Below, in pieces: positions 48,726 through 59,500 of a stretch of DNA of 64,000 nt. Source of the DNA: Coleofasciculus sp. B1-GNL1-01 (GTDB lineage: Bacteria; Cyanobacteriota; Cyanobacteriia; Cyanobacteriales; Coleofasciculaceae). Position 1 is the first letter of the stretch, and every line of letters starts with the position of its first letter. The stretch is taken from the NCBI GenBank assembly GCA_040220235.1, contig JAVJTO010000049.1. One strand, written 5' to 3'. The translations under genes and the position numbers were made by a program. The notes under the pieces were generated by a model. The model saw nothing but the letters and a program-made list of their open reading frames with translations, searched no databases and was not told where the DNA came from.

Positions 48726-48952
48726 TCTAAGAACGGTAGAAACGTAGCATCCTACGTCTGAGTTTTGACTGTGTAGGGGCGGGTTGATGTGCTTTCGTTT
48801 CACTATGTATGATAACATTTATTCAAAACCTGCCCTGACCGATTGTAGGGGCTAGGTTTTAGCGATAAGGTTGAGGATAAAACCTCTAACTGCACTAAAC
48901 CCGCCCTAACTAAGTTATAAGGTTTAAATTATAAATCTTCCCCAATCACCAA

Positions 48953-49633
48953 TCATTGTTTTAAACGATAACCCAAACCATAAACCGTTTCAATCAAATC
49001 ACTGGGAGCGCCGCCAGCTTCAAGTTTCTGTCGTAAACTGCGGATATGCGCTTTAACCGTCGCTTCTTCCGGGAGTCGCTCAAAGGGCCACAGGTGTTCT
49101 AAGATTTGAGCGCGGCTAAACACACGACGACCATGGCGTAAGAAAAATTCTAACAGCGAATATTCTTTAGGTGAAAGCGATAGGAGGTTATCTTCATAAA
49201 ACACTTCACAGGTACTTGGATCTAACCGTAGTTTACCCCACTCCAATACCGGGGGGGCGGTGGAAACACCCCGACGCAGTAAGGCTCGAATGCGAGCTGA
49301 TAACTCTTCTAAGTCAAAAGGTTTAACCAAATAGTCATCAGCTCCGGCATCCAATCCCACCACCTTATCCGTAATTGTATCCTTAGCCGTTAGCATCAGA
49401 ATCGGAGTGCTACAGCCTTGGGAGCGTAGTCGCCGACAAAGTGTAATCCCATCGATTTTGGGTAACATAATGTCGAGCAAAATTAAGTCATAAGTGACAG
49501 AATCAGCGAGATTTAACCCCTCCTCTCCATCATGCGCCACATCGATCGCATAATGTTGATCGGTGAGATCTTCTTCTAGGGCATCGGTAATGCGCTCATC
49601 ATCTTCCACGAGTAAAAGTCTCATCGCTGACAC
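48953..49633 (-). CDS. OmpR-family response regulator
   Basis: LLVEDD, LLDIMLP, DYLVKPF, winged helix IETVYGLGY. Confidence 0.96.
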   Translation of the reverse strand: MSAMRLLLVEDDERITDALEEDLTDQHYAIDVAHDGEEGLNLADSVTYDLILLDIMLPKIDGITLCRRLRSQGCSTPILMLTAKDTITDKVVGLDAGADDYLVKPFDLEELSARIRALLRRGVSTAPPVLEWGKLRLDPSTCEVFYEDNLLSLSPKEYSLLEFFLRHGRRVFSRAQILEHLWPFERLPEEATVKAHIRSLRQKLEAGGAPSDLIETVYGLGYRLKQ

Positions 49634-49691
49634 CTGTTTCTATGACCTGTCGCTCCCAAGGTAAGCTGTTCACGTTCTGATCAAGCTAGGT

Positions 49692-49991
49692 TTAGGGCGT
49701 AGCCTCACCGTCTTCTTCTTCCTCACCAGGCATAGCCTCTTCCTCACCAGGCATAGCCTCTTCCTCACCAGGCATAGCCTCTTCCTCACCAGGCATAGTT
49801 TCTTCCTCACCAGGCATAGCCTCTTCCTCACCAGGCATAGCCTCTTCCTCACCAGGTATAACCTCAGTTTCTTCTGCTGGAGTTGGCTCTTCTACACCCG
49901 TCTCCTCAGGTGTAGTTGTATCAGTCTGGCAAGCTCCCAGCAATGATGTCAAACCCAACAACAGTGAAAAAGCGATAATCTTCAGCTTCAC
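49692..49991 (-). CDS. Small acidic lipoprotein with (MPGEEEA)n repeats
   Basis: RBS AGGAGG, lipobox LGAC, seven 21-bp units. Confidence 0.8.
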   Translation of the reverse strand: MKLKIIAFSLLLGLTSLLGACQTDTTTPEETGVEEPTPAEETEVIPGEEEAMPGEEEAMPGEEETMPGEEEAMPGEEEAMPGEEEAMPGEEEEDGEATP

Positions 49992-50187
49992 AGCATTACC
50001 TCCTAAAATTTTCCAAATTCAACCGTCTTACCGGGGTAATCAAGTTGCTTATACGTTTCTACTTGGCGTTAATCGCCGTTAAACCCTTAAACAGCCCTGA
50101 ATTTTTCGGGTTCATCTGCCAAGGTAAACTCAAAAAGTAAAAAACTCGATAAAACCGCCCAATAGTTTCCGCCTTGCCATATAGCGC

Positions 50188-50240
50188 TAGGCAATGGGCA
50201 ATAGGCAATGGGCAATAGGCAATGGGCAATGGGCAATAGG
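50188..50240. repeat. Heptamer short tandem repeat
   Basis: ([A/G]GGCAAT)x7. Confidence 0.85.
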
Positions 50241-50374
50241 CATCACCCTGTCATGAGTCCGATCTCCGATACCTAGCTTCATACCGAGTTACGCTCAAAC
50301 ATAGTAAATAGGACAAGCAGGGGAAGCAGGGGAAGCAGGGGAAGGGAAAGCTTTGAATGCAACTTGGTATCAAG

Positions 50375-52396
50375 TCATACCAGACGATTATCCCGATAAA
50401 ATCGATAAAATGAATAATCATCTTGAAACGGATAATCATCAATAACATGATGGATAATACCGCTATCAATCAAAATTTGTCCGATGCGAATTGCTTCTTG
50501 TCGAGAACCCTGAGTCCGTTGTGCTAGCCATTCCACGGCTTCTGCACCAATGAAGCATTGAGGATAAAGATTTCCTCGATAGCGGCGGTCTTTTATTTCC
50601 ACACCATCTACACCCCGCATCGCTGCAACTAATGCTTCAATTTCTGTCTCGGTTAGGGTTTTGGCTGGAGTGATTGTCCGGGATACTGATCCGGATATCT
50701 CAGTCGTAGCTGCGAGGGAATCTTGCGGTTGAGAAAGGGGAGTAGGGTTTGATTGATCACCATTCGTCGGCTCAATTGATCGAGGAGACGATGTTGATGC
50801 ATCCCGATATAATAACAGGTTGAAAATTTCGTCAAGTTTAGGCGATCGCAGATGTAAATCCCGTTGTGGAAAGGGAATCTCAATCGTATGATGTCGCAAA
50901 CATGCCTCAATCCGATAGTTGAGATCACTTTTAACTTTAAACTGTTTCTTCGGTTCTCCTGTCCACACCAGTAAATCAAAGTCTAGGGAACTCTCCCCAA
51001 ACCCTTGAAACCATACCTGAGGCGGCGGTTGCAGCAGCACTTCGGGATGATTTTTGACAGCTTCGAGTAACGCGGTTTGGACTTTATCGATATCTGATCC
51101 ATACGCCACACCCACAGGAATCCGCAGCCGAGAAATCGGATTCCCGTGACTCCAGTTAATTACCTCAGTCTCTAAAAAGCGTGAGTTGGGTACGATAATC
51201 GTAACTTGATCTAACGTACAAATCTCCGTACTACGTGCGCCAATGCGTTCTACGGTTCCCAGTAAATCACCGACTTTGACAAAATCACCGATTTGGATGG
51301 GGCGTTCAAAGGTAATAATAATCCCGCTAATAAAGTTATTGGCAATATTCTGAACCCCAAACCCAATCCCCACACCGAGAACACTGGCAAGAATGGTTAA
51401 AGATCCAACATCTAAACCCCAAATTTGTAACAGGACAATCAATCCGAGAAAGGTGAGAACATACTGAGTGAGGACAGTAATCACCTCTTGCAATCTGGGT
51501 TCAGCCCCGGTGTGGGCTAAGACATAGGATTTAAACAGCTTAGTCAGAGAACTAACCGCAAACCACAATCCAACAGTTAAGCCCAAAAGCAATAGTAATT
51601 CTAGGGCAGAATATTTACTACTACCTAAGCTAATCACTGGCGCATTGAGAATATCAAAAACCTTCGCGATAAAATCAAATAACTCATAGCGCCAAATCCG
51701 ACTGGCGGGAAACAAATCGGTCACATAATAGGCGATCGCAATCCATAATCCGCCCTGTAACCCTAGTTGGGCAAGGCGTACCATGAATTGGGCGGGATCT
51801 TCCCAGGCGTGAAACGAGGAGGTGGGTTGTCCTAGCCACACTCTCAAGCGATGAGACACCCATTTTCCTAGAAACAGTAAACCAACATGAATCGCGATCG
51901 CAACCAGTATCGCCCCAAGGACAAAGCCTAACGCCTGACGAATATAGGCGGGCGATCGCTCAAATTGGGCTTGCACAAATGCCCGTTCCAGAATTCTCTG
52001 CCAAATTCGGGCTTGCTGAAGAGCAGTAAGTTCTGGTAAGACATCCTTATCGGTTACAGTGAGTAAATGGTCTGACTCAGGCAAGGAAGGAATAGTCAGC
52101 GTGGTTTGATCCTCTGTCTGATTCACTTCAACGCTGACAGGTTGAGAGGATTGCACCGCTTGCGCCAAAATATCGTTGATCCGCTTTGCCCGATTTTCTG
52201 CTGTATAGTTATTATTTAAACTTCTTACCTGTAAGAGAACGCGACCATCTAGCACAATTGGTGCTTTGTTATTATGATTTGTTGGAGATGTTTGGGCAAC
52301 GCTGGGAAATGGGTTCAATGTTAGTAGCAGTGTCAGCAATGCTAACAGGATAAACCGCCAACGTCTTAGAGGGAGCCGGGGGAGCTGAGGGAGCAT
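50375..52396 (-). CDS. MscS mechanosensitive channel with C-terminal DEP domain
   Basis: GVGIGFGVQNIANNFISG, IGARST, VPNS, IPFPQRD; tail IKDRRY..YPQCFIGAEAVEWL...HHV...FYRF. Confidence 0.9.
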   Translation of the reverse strand: MLPQLPRLPLRRWRFILLALLTLLLTLNPFPSVAQTSPTNHNNKAPIVLDGRVLLQVRSLNNNYTAENRAKRINDILAQAVQSSQPVSVEVNQTEDQTTLTIPSLPESDHLLTVTDKDVLPELTALQQARIWQRILERAFVQAQFERSPAYIRQALGFVLGAILVAIAIHVGLLFLGKWVSHRLRVWLGQPTSSFHAWEDPAQFMVRLAQLGLQGGLWIAIAYYVTDLFPASRIWRYELFDFIAKVFDILNAPVISLGSSKYSALELLLLLGLTVGLWFAVSSLTKLFKSYVLAHTGAEPRLQEVITVLTQYVLTFLGLIVLLQIWGLDVGSLTILASVLGVGIGFGVQNIANNFISGIIITFERPIQIGDFVKVGDLLGTVERIGARSTEICTLDQVTIIVPNSRFLETEVINWSHGNPISRLRIPVGVAYGSDIDKVQTALLEAVKNHPEVLLQPPPQVWFQGFGESSLDFDLLVWTGEPKKQFKVKSDLNYRIEACLRHHTIEIPFPQRDLHLRSPKLDEIFNLLLYRDASTSSPRSIEPTNGDQSNPTPLSQPQDSLAATTEISGSVSRTITPAKTLTETEIEALVAAMRGVDGVEIKDRRYRGNLYPQCFIGAEAVEWLAQRTQGSRQEAIRIGQILIDSGIIHHVIDDYPFQDDYSFYRFYRDNRLV

Positions 52397-52465
52397 TTTT
52401 AGGGATGGGTTATTTTCACAAATGGCTACTAGCGCCGGATGGAAGAAATCACTAATTGGATAAAT

Positions 52466-52852
52466 TTAATGCTTCATAAGCCAAGGTGAATGATTGTTAA
52501 TCATGTTGATGAAACCTGTTAAAACTTGGTTGTATGTTCCATAAACTTCTCGACCGATTTGAATATCCATATAGCTACATTTAACAGCAAACTCTATCCA
52601 AGTTTGAGTTTCAGCCGCTTCTGCTTCACAGTCATTCAATTTAGCAATAAAGGCAGCTTCATATCGTCTTTTACGCCATGCTTCTGCGAGATTGGCACAA
52701 ACTGAGCGAGAAGAACGACGAATCTGGTCAGTTAAAGAATATCGCTCTTCTACAGGAAATTTTTTGGATAACTCAAAAATTATCATTGCTGAATCAAACG
52801 CCATCTTATAAATTTCTAACTCTCTATGACTTTTCAATAGGTTTCTACTCAT
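52466..52852 (-). CDS. Four helix bundle protein (23S rRNA IVP family)
   Basis: FPVEERYSLTDQIRRSSRSVCANLAEAW, EAAETQTW. Confidence 0.92.
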   Translation of the reverse strand: MSRNLLKSHRELEIYKMAFDSAMIIFELSKKFPVEERYSLTDQIRRSSRSVCANLAEAWRKRRYEAAFIAKLNDCEAEAAETQTWIEFAVKCSYMDIQIGREVYGTYNQVLTGFINMINNHSPWLMKH

Positions 52853-52950
52853 CTTTCTCGACTCAACCCAATACTTACTACTCAAAATCAACTCTAAGTT
52901 ACTCCTTCCCAACTCCCTCCGCTTCCCCCGCTTCCCCCGCTCCCCCTGCT

Positions 52951-53499
52951 TCATTTCACCAGACGACTACTAGACGGCGCTGTGGGCGACGGTTGAGGGC
53001 GCGATCGCTCTAAAATAGTGCTGGCTACTGCCCATGCACCAAATGTGGTTAACAAGAGAACGCCGATTCCAATCGCCCAGATCACCACTTTCTTTTGGGG
53101 GATAGACTTCATCGATGGTGTAAAACTGGATACATTGGGACTCTGGGCGGTGGCGTTGAGATCATTGCTGTGGACTAAGGTGGCGGTCATTTTATAGGGA
53201 CCCATTCGTAGGGTATCTTTAAAGGAAATGGGTTGATTGGCTTGGCGCAGGGGTCGCCCATTCAGAAAGGTACCGTTAGCACTACGTTGATCGGTAATAT
53301 ACATTTGGTTCTTTGCCACCGTAATCAGGACATGAAACCGCGAAATCTCTGGGTTAGCCAGTTCTAACCGAGATACCGACTCTCCTCCCCAATATTCCGG
53401 CATTTGCTCCAATTCTCGACCGATCGCGATCGGTGCAGTTAAGAGCGATCGCTTGACTTCCCCCATTTCTGGATCTTCCCAGGTTAATTGAATATACAT
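52951..53499 (-). CDS. FHA domain membrane protein
   Basis: IGR, ISRFH, SANGTFLNG; C-terminal TM. Confidence 0.9.
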   Translation of the reverse strand: MYIQLTWEDPEMGEVKRSLLTAPIAIGRELEQMPEYWGGESVSRLELANPEISRFHVLITVAKNQMYITDQRSANGTFLNGRPLRQANQPISFKDTLRMGPYKMTATLVHSNDLNATAQSPNVSSFTPSMKSIPQKKVVIWAIGIGVLLLTTFGAWAVASTILERSRPQPSPTAPSSSRLVK

Positions 53500-53742
53500 A
53501 GACGTGGTAGACCTCGAACACCTGTTATAGTAATGGTTCCCATTTTTCGAGTGATGATGCAGGCATTTGCTGAAACCGCAACGCCTGTTGTCACGTCAAA
53601 TTTTTTGGGTCGTCGATTCAACAATCGGGTAAAGGATTCTGGATAAGGATAATGATGATTAGGTCACTATCCAAATCATATCGTTAAAAATAATTAAGAT
53701 AATAGGTCAAGGATGCATTTTTCCTGTAATGAGCGGTAGGGT

Positions 53743-55767
53743 ATGAGCTTCAATCTTTTCCGTCGATTTCAATCCACGAATACCGACCAACCCCTCGGTG
53801 GACGCTATAAAATCGAGCGTCAACTGGGAATAGGCGGATTTGGTCAAACCTTTCTGGCGCAAGATCTCCACTTACCCGGACACCCCCAATGTGTGATTAA
53901 GCAACTTCAACCTAAAACCACTGACCCCGCCAGTCTGGAAACCGCTAGACGCCTATTTGACACCGAAGCTCAAGTCCTCTATCAACTGGGTAATCATGAC
54001 CAAATTCCCCGGCTGCTGGCACATTTTGAAGAGAATCAGGAATTTTATTTAGCACAAGAATTAATTCTTGGCAATCCCCTCACCCAGGAATTGAAAAAAG
54101 GTCAACAATGGTTAGAATCTAAAACCATTGCCCTACTAGAGGATATTCTCCAGGTTTTGGCGTATGTCCATGAGCAAAATGTGATTCATCGCGATATCAA
54201 ACCCTCTAATCTGATTCGCCGCCAACAGGATGGCAAAATTGTCCTAATTGACTTTGGTGCGGTGAAGCAAGTTACCACTCAATTTAGTCATCCTCAATCG
54301 GGACAAACCAATTTAACCATTTCCATTGGGACTCAAGGCTATGTTCCTAAAGAACAGTTGGGTGGACAACCCCGGTTTAGTAGTGATGTGTATGCGGTGG
54401 GTATATTAGGGATTCAAGCCTTAACCGGGACACATCCTCGATTGCTACGGGAAAATCCAGAGACAGGAGAAATCCAGTGGCGTGATTTAGCTCCTCATGT
54501 TAGTCTCAACCTGGCTGAGGTTTTGGATCAGATGATTCGGTATGATTTCCGCGATCGCTATCAAACCGCCACCGAAGCCCTAGACGCCCTGCAACGTCTC
54601 TCCAGCGATATCCCAGCCTCCGATACAACCCAACGATTACCCGATTCCGCAGACACCACAGCATCGCTTCCAGAACATTCAACGCCTCTCTCCTTGCAGG
54701 AGAAAGGTTTGCAGAGAAGTCTTCCAGATTCCCCAGCCCCATCCCCCTCAGACACCAGTACCACTCACTTACCCGAAACTTGGCGGAATTCCCAACCCGC
54801 ATCAGGGAGTTCAGTCCCGACAATTGTTACACCTGGTTCCAACCCAAAACGAGGGCTGAATCTTTGGTGGATTGTAGCAATTTTAGGCATTGTCGGCGGA
54901 ATTGCTGGAGTCGCGACAACACGGCTGATTCCGCAGTTTACCAGCAAAACGACAAATCAGAGTCAGGAGTTAACTGTTAATTCTGCGAACTCTGCAACTC
55001 AATCCTCCCCTACATCATCCCTTGAATCTTCCCCCACCGAAGAGACAAAAACGAATCCCAGTTCAGACTCAGAATCACCCACCTCTGAACAGCCTACTCC
55101 TGATCCACCAAAACCCAATAACCAATCCTCTTCTGTTCCTTCACCGGAATCAACTCCTTCCCCTTCTGTGAAAAAGTCACCCCCAGTAACTCAAAATCCT
55201 GCACCCCCCAAACCAGCAACGCCAACACCAACTCCCGCAGCGCCAAAGCCAACAAAGGTTCAGCCCACACCATCCCCTGTTCCATCGGCTTCTCCTTCCC
55301 CTAATACCGCCAACGCCAAAACCCATTGGCAACGCTGCTATGATTTAAACACTCAGGTTCGTCCAACCGAAGCGATTCAAGCGTGCGATCACGCTTTAGC
55401 CATTAACCCTGATTATCCGGAAGCATTATGGAGTAAGGGTGCGGCGTTGGATCAGTTAGGAAGACATCAAGAAGCATTAAACCTCTACGAAAAAGCGACA
55501 ACCCTGAAGCCAGATTTTGCCGAAGCCTGGATTAATCAAGGCGTGGCGTTGATTTTATTAGGTCAACCGGAGAAAGCGATTCCGGTTCTTGATCGCGCCA
55601 TTCAGCTTAAACCTAATTCTGCAAACGCTTGGATTAACAAAGCCGAAGCCTATATGGAATTAGAACGATTTGATGACGCGATCGCGTCTCTGAAAAAGGC
55701 GCTGGAAATTCAACCTAATAATGAATATGCTGCAACGATGTTAATCGCAGCCGAGGCGAAAAAATGA
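53743..55767 (+). CDS. Hanks-type Ser/Thr kinase with TM, Pro/Ser linker and TPRs
   Basis: GIGGFG, VIK, HRDIKPSN, DFG, SDVY; TM WWIVAIL; C-terminal TPRs. Confidence 0.95.
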   Translation: MSFNLFRRFQSTNTDQPLGGRYKIERQLGIGGFGQTFLAQDLHLPGHPQCVIKQLQPKTTDPASLETARRLFDTEAQVLYQLGNHDQIPRLLAHFEENQEFYLAQELILGNPLTQELKKGQQWLESKTIALLEDILQVLAYVHEQNVIHRDIKPSNLIRRQQDGKIVLIDFGAVKQVTTQFSHPQSGQTNLTISIGTQGYVPKEQLGGQPRFSSDVYAVGILGIQALTGTHPRLLRENPETGEIQWRDLAPHVSLNLAEVLDQMIRYDFRDRYQTATEALDALQRLSSDIPASDTTQRLPDSADTTASLPEHSTPLSLQEKGLQRSLPDSPAPSPSDTSTTHLPETWRNSQPASGSSVPTIVTPGSNPKRGLNLWWIVAILGIVGGIAGVATTRLIPQFTSKTTNQSQELTVNSANSATQSSPTSSLESSPTEETKTNPSSDSESPTSEQPTPDPPKPNNQSSSVPSPESTPSPSVKKSPPVTQNPAPPKPATPTPTPAAPKPTKVQPTPSPVPSASPSPNTANAKTHWQRCYDLNTQVRPTEAIQACDHALAINPDYPEALWSKGAALDQLGRHQEALNLYEKATTLKPDFAEAWINQGVALILLGQPEKAIPVLDRAIQLKPNSANAWINKAEAYMELERFDDAIASLKKALEIQPNNEYAATMLIAAEAKK

Positions 55768-55992
55768 AACCTCTATCTCAACGGGGGTTAGCCCGGAACT
55801 AAAGTTCTGGCTAAAAGCTAAAACCCGTTAAAACGGGTTAAAAGATATAATTTATAATTTGAATTTTGATTATCTAGGAGCCTATCACCTTTAGTCTAAA
55901 CGGTAGGGGCGACCCGCTTGCATCAATTAACAACGCCCCTCCACTCAATCTGATCGGGTCGCCCTTTACTCAACCCCATCATAAAGTCAATT

Positions 55993-56469
55993 TATGAGGA
56001 AAATTTTCAGGGAGAGGCACAGCAACCCGATGAATATCGCGCTCAGGTTGATGGGATTTTTCAGACTAACTCGGCTTTAGATTATACCGTGGTGCAATTG
56101 GTTGGAGAACCGGGAAATCAATGGGGATGGTTATCCTTGGTGGAGACAACAATTCGGCGGCGGGAACGGGTTAATATTATTCAGCATCCATTAGGTCAAC
56201 CGAAACAGATTTCCCTTCAGAATAATTTTGTTGAGTATTTAGGTGGAGATGTGGTTCAGTATGTCACGTCTACGTTAAATGGTTCTTCGGGTTCACCTGT
56301 ATTTAATGATCGATGGGATGTCGTCGCCCTGCATCATGCGGGGGGAAATATTCTCGAACCGACTACACAACGCCGTTATTTTCGGAATGAAGGCATACTG
56401 GTAAGTAGGATTCTCGCTGATTTGCCTCCGGAACTGGCAGAACGGATTCGTTCAGGGACAACAGCTTAA
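55993..56469 (+). pseudogene. 5'-truncated trypsin-like serine protease
   Basis: Frame reads YEENFQG...LDYTVV (Asp), IIQHP, GSSGSPVF (Ser), VALHH; in-frame stop at 55951-55953 and no His (TNxHV) segment. Confidence 0.75.
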
Positions 56470-56504
56470 TCCTGAAGCCCAAAGACTGTCTGGAATAGCT
56501 GTCA

Positions 56505-59500
56505 GTGATGAAACTCAAGCCCCAACTATTACGGTTTTTAGTGAGAATGCCAACCACTCAAACCGTGAGAGAACGTAAAGCACTTTTGGCTTACCTGGGG
56601 TTTGAACGCCTAAGCAGCAAAATTAAGTGGGACAATAGCAATAATTTTGTCTTTTTTACGGAACTCGTCGAACTGCTGATTTCGGAAGGAAAGACTGAGT
56701 TGCTTTCATGTCTGAATAATCTGGTGGAAATTGAGTGGATTGGTCTAGAGGATCAAGAAAAACTCAGGTGTTTAATTGCCGATATTGACGCTTTGGATGA
56801 TCAGGGATGGGAGTACGAGTTCCGAGGTGAATCTAATCGCCAAAAATCATCCTCTATTCCCTTCATCTTACCCCAGCTTGATGTCTCCACATTTACCGGG
56901 CGAGAGCAAGAATTGCAACAACTCGAAGATTTACTCCTCCAGCGCCAAGGATCAAAACTGTGCAGCATTGTTGGGTTAGCAGGTGCGGGGGGAATTGGTA
57001 AATCAGCCCTCGCTTGTCACTTTGCTACCCAGTATCGCGGCGAATTCCCCGATGGGGTGATTGGGATACAGGTGAATGGGAAGGATGTGGATACCATTGC
57101 GCGGGAGTTTGTTCGCCGGATTGGGGCGGAACTTGATCCGGAGGATGAGCGAGATGCTGCCACAATTATGCAGGAAATGTTTGCTCATCGGCGGATGTTG
57201 CTGATTTTTGATAATGCGGATCAGCCAAAGATTAAGGTATTACGTCCAGGTGGGAATCGATGTGCCGTAATTATTACAACCCGCGATCGCAATCTCCCTT
57301 TATCCTTAGATATCCCCGATCAAGGTACAATTGACCTTCCTCCCCTTCCGGAACCCGATTCCTGGCTTTTGCTGCAGCGGATTTTGGGTGAAGAACGGGT
57401 GGTGGCGGAGGAGGAAGCAGCGAGGGAAATTATTCAGTTAGTCGGGAAGTTACCCCTAGCGTTACAAATTGTCGGTGCAGCATTGCGGCAAAAACGGCGG
57501 AGTTTGGCAGATTATGCGGCATCATTACGGGAAGAAAAGACGCGATTGACTCGACTGAAAGTGCGAGGAGACGAGGAGTTAAATGTCATTGCCTCGTTAA
57601 CCTTAAGTGTAGAGTTACTTGAGCCAGACGAGATTGACTTTTTTGCCTGTCTGAGTGTTTGTGCTAAAGAGGGGTTTTCCCGGCGCACGGCGATGGTAGT
57701 GGGGAATTGTCAGGACGAGTGGATAGCGCAAGAGTATCTGGATTGTCTTTACCAACTTTCCCTGCTTAATTATGCGGAGGTGGGAGAAAATCGCTTTGTC
57801 TTTCACCCCCTGATTCGCTTATTTGCTCAGGAATTGGCAGAAACGCGCCAGTTACAAGAGGTGGCGGCAGAACGACACGGGCAGTTTTTTATCGAATTGG
57901 TGAAATCCAGTGAAGTCAATATCGCGGCTGAAATAGCAGAGGACTTAGACGACATTATTCTGGCAGCCCAGTGGTTACAGCGACAGGAAACAACAACGAA
58001 GCGCCAACAAAAATCTCAGTACGGTTTTGCTTTCTGTCTTCAGCCTTTTTTTAAACAATATGGCTACTGGCAACAGGCGGTTGACTTTATGTCAGGATTC
58101 CAATTGTTAGCAAGATTGAATGAAGATTGGAATAAGGCTGTAGAATTTTTGATTCAGCAGGTTAATTATCTGTCTCTACTCGGTGAATGGTCAAGGGCTG
58201 AAGAGGTACTCACTCTAATTCCAGACATTCTGAGCAAAATAGAGGTAGAAGCAACCCGTCAGCGTTATGAGGCAAAATGGCGAACTAATCTGGGTATAAT
58301 ACTACAGCGACAAAGACGGTTCGATGAAGCCATCCAAGTTTTCCAACGTCAGGTTGAGATTAGCCAAACTCTCGATGACCAACGCGAACTGGCAATTGGA
58401 TTTAACTGCTTAGGTGGAGTATTCCAGCAGCTTGGACAACTCGATGAAGCTATCGAAGCTTTCCAACGTCGGATTGAAATCAGCCAAATTCTCGATGACC
58501 AACGCGAACTGGCAATTGGACTTAACTGCTTAGGTGGAGTATTCCAGCAGCAAAGACAGTTCGATGAAGCTATCCAAGCTTTCCAACAGGTAGTTGAAAT
58601 CAGCCAAACTCTCCATGACCAACGCCAAATGGCAATTGGACTCAACTGCTTGGGTAGAGCATTCCAGGAGCAAGGACAGCTTGATGAAGCCATCCAAGCT
58701 TTCCAACAAGTAGTTGAAATCAGCCAAACTCTTAATGACCAACGCCAAATGGCAATTGGACTCAACTGCTTAGGTGGAGTATTCCAACAGCAAAGACGCC
58801 TCGATGAAGCCATCCAAGTTTTCCAACAGGTAGTTGAAATCAGCCAAACTCTCAATGACCAACGCCAAATGGCAATTGGACTCAACTGCTTGGGTAGAGC
58901 ATTCCAGGAGCAAGGACAGCTTGATGAAGCCATCCAAGCTTTCCAACGTCAGGTTGAAATTAGCCAAACTCTCGATGACCAACGCTCATTGGCAATTGGA
59001 CTTAACTGCTTAGGTGGAGTATTCCAACAGCTTGGACGCCTCGATGAAGCTATCGAAGCTTTCCAACGTCGGATTGAAATCAGCCAAGCTATTGATGACC
59101 AACACTCATTAGCAATTGGGTTTAACTGCTTAGGTGGAGTATTTCAACAGCAAGGACAGCTTGATGAAGCCATCCAAGTTTTCCAACGTCAGGTTGAGAT
59201 CAGCCAAACTCTCAATGAACAACACTCATTGACAATTGGATTTAACTGCTTAGGTGGAGTATTCCAGAAACTTGGACGGTTTGATGAAGCCATCGAAGCT
59301 TTCCAACGTCGGATTGAAATCAGCCAAGCTATCGATGACCAACGCTCATTAGCAATTGGATTTAACTGCTTAGGTGGAGTATTCCAGCAGCTTCAGCAGC
59401 AAGGACGACTCGATGAAGCCATCCACGCTTTCCAACAGGTGGTTGAGATTAGTCAAGCTATCGATGACCAACGCCAAATGGCAATTGGATTTAACTGCTT

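Noticed and set aside
49670..49852. (RKRLCLV)n ORF
   Set aside because: Alternative frame of the 21-bp repeat; the lipoprotein frame has an RBS and lipobox.
52466..52852. Avd of a diversity-generating retroelement
   Set aside because: No reverse transcriptase or TR/VR pair in the window; the TPR repeat differences are not adenine-specific.
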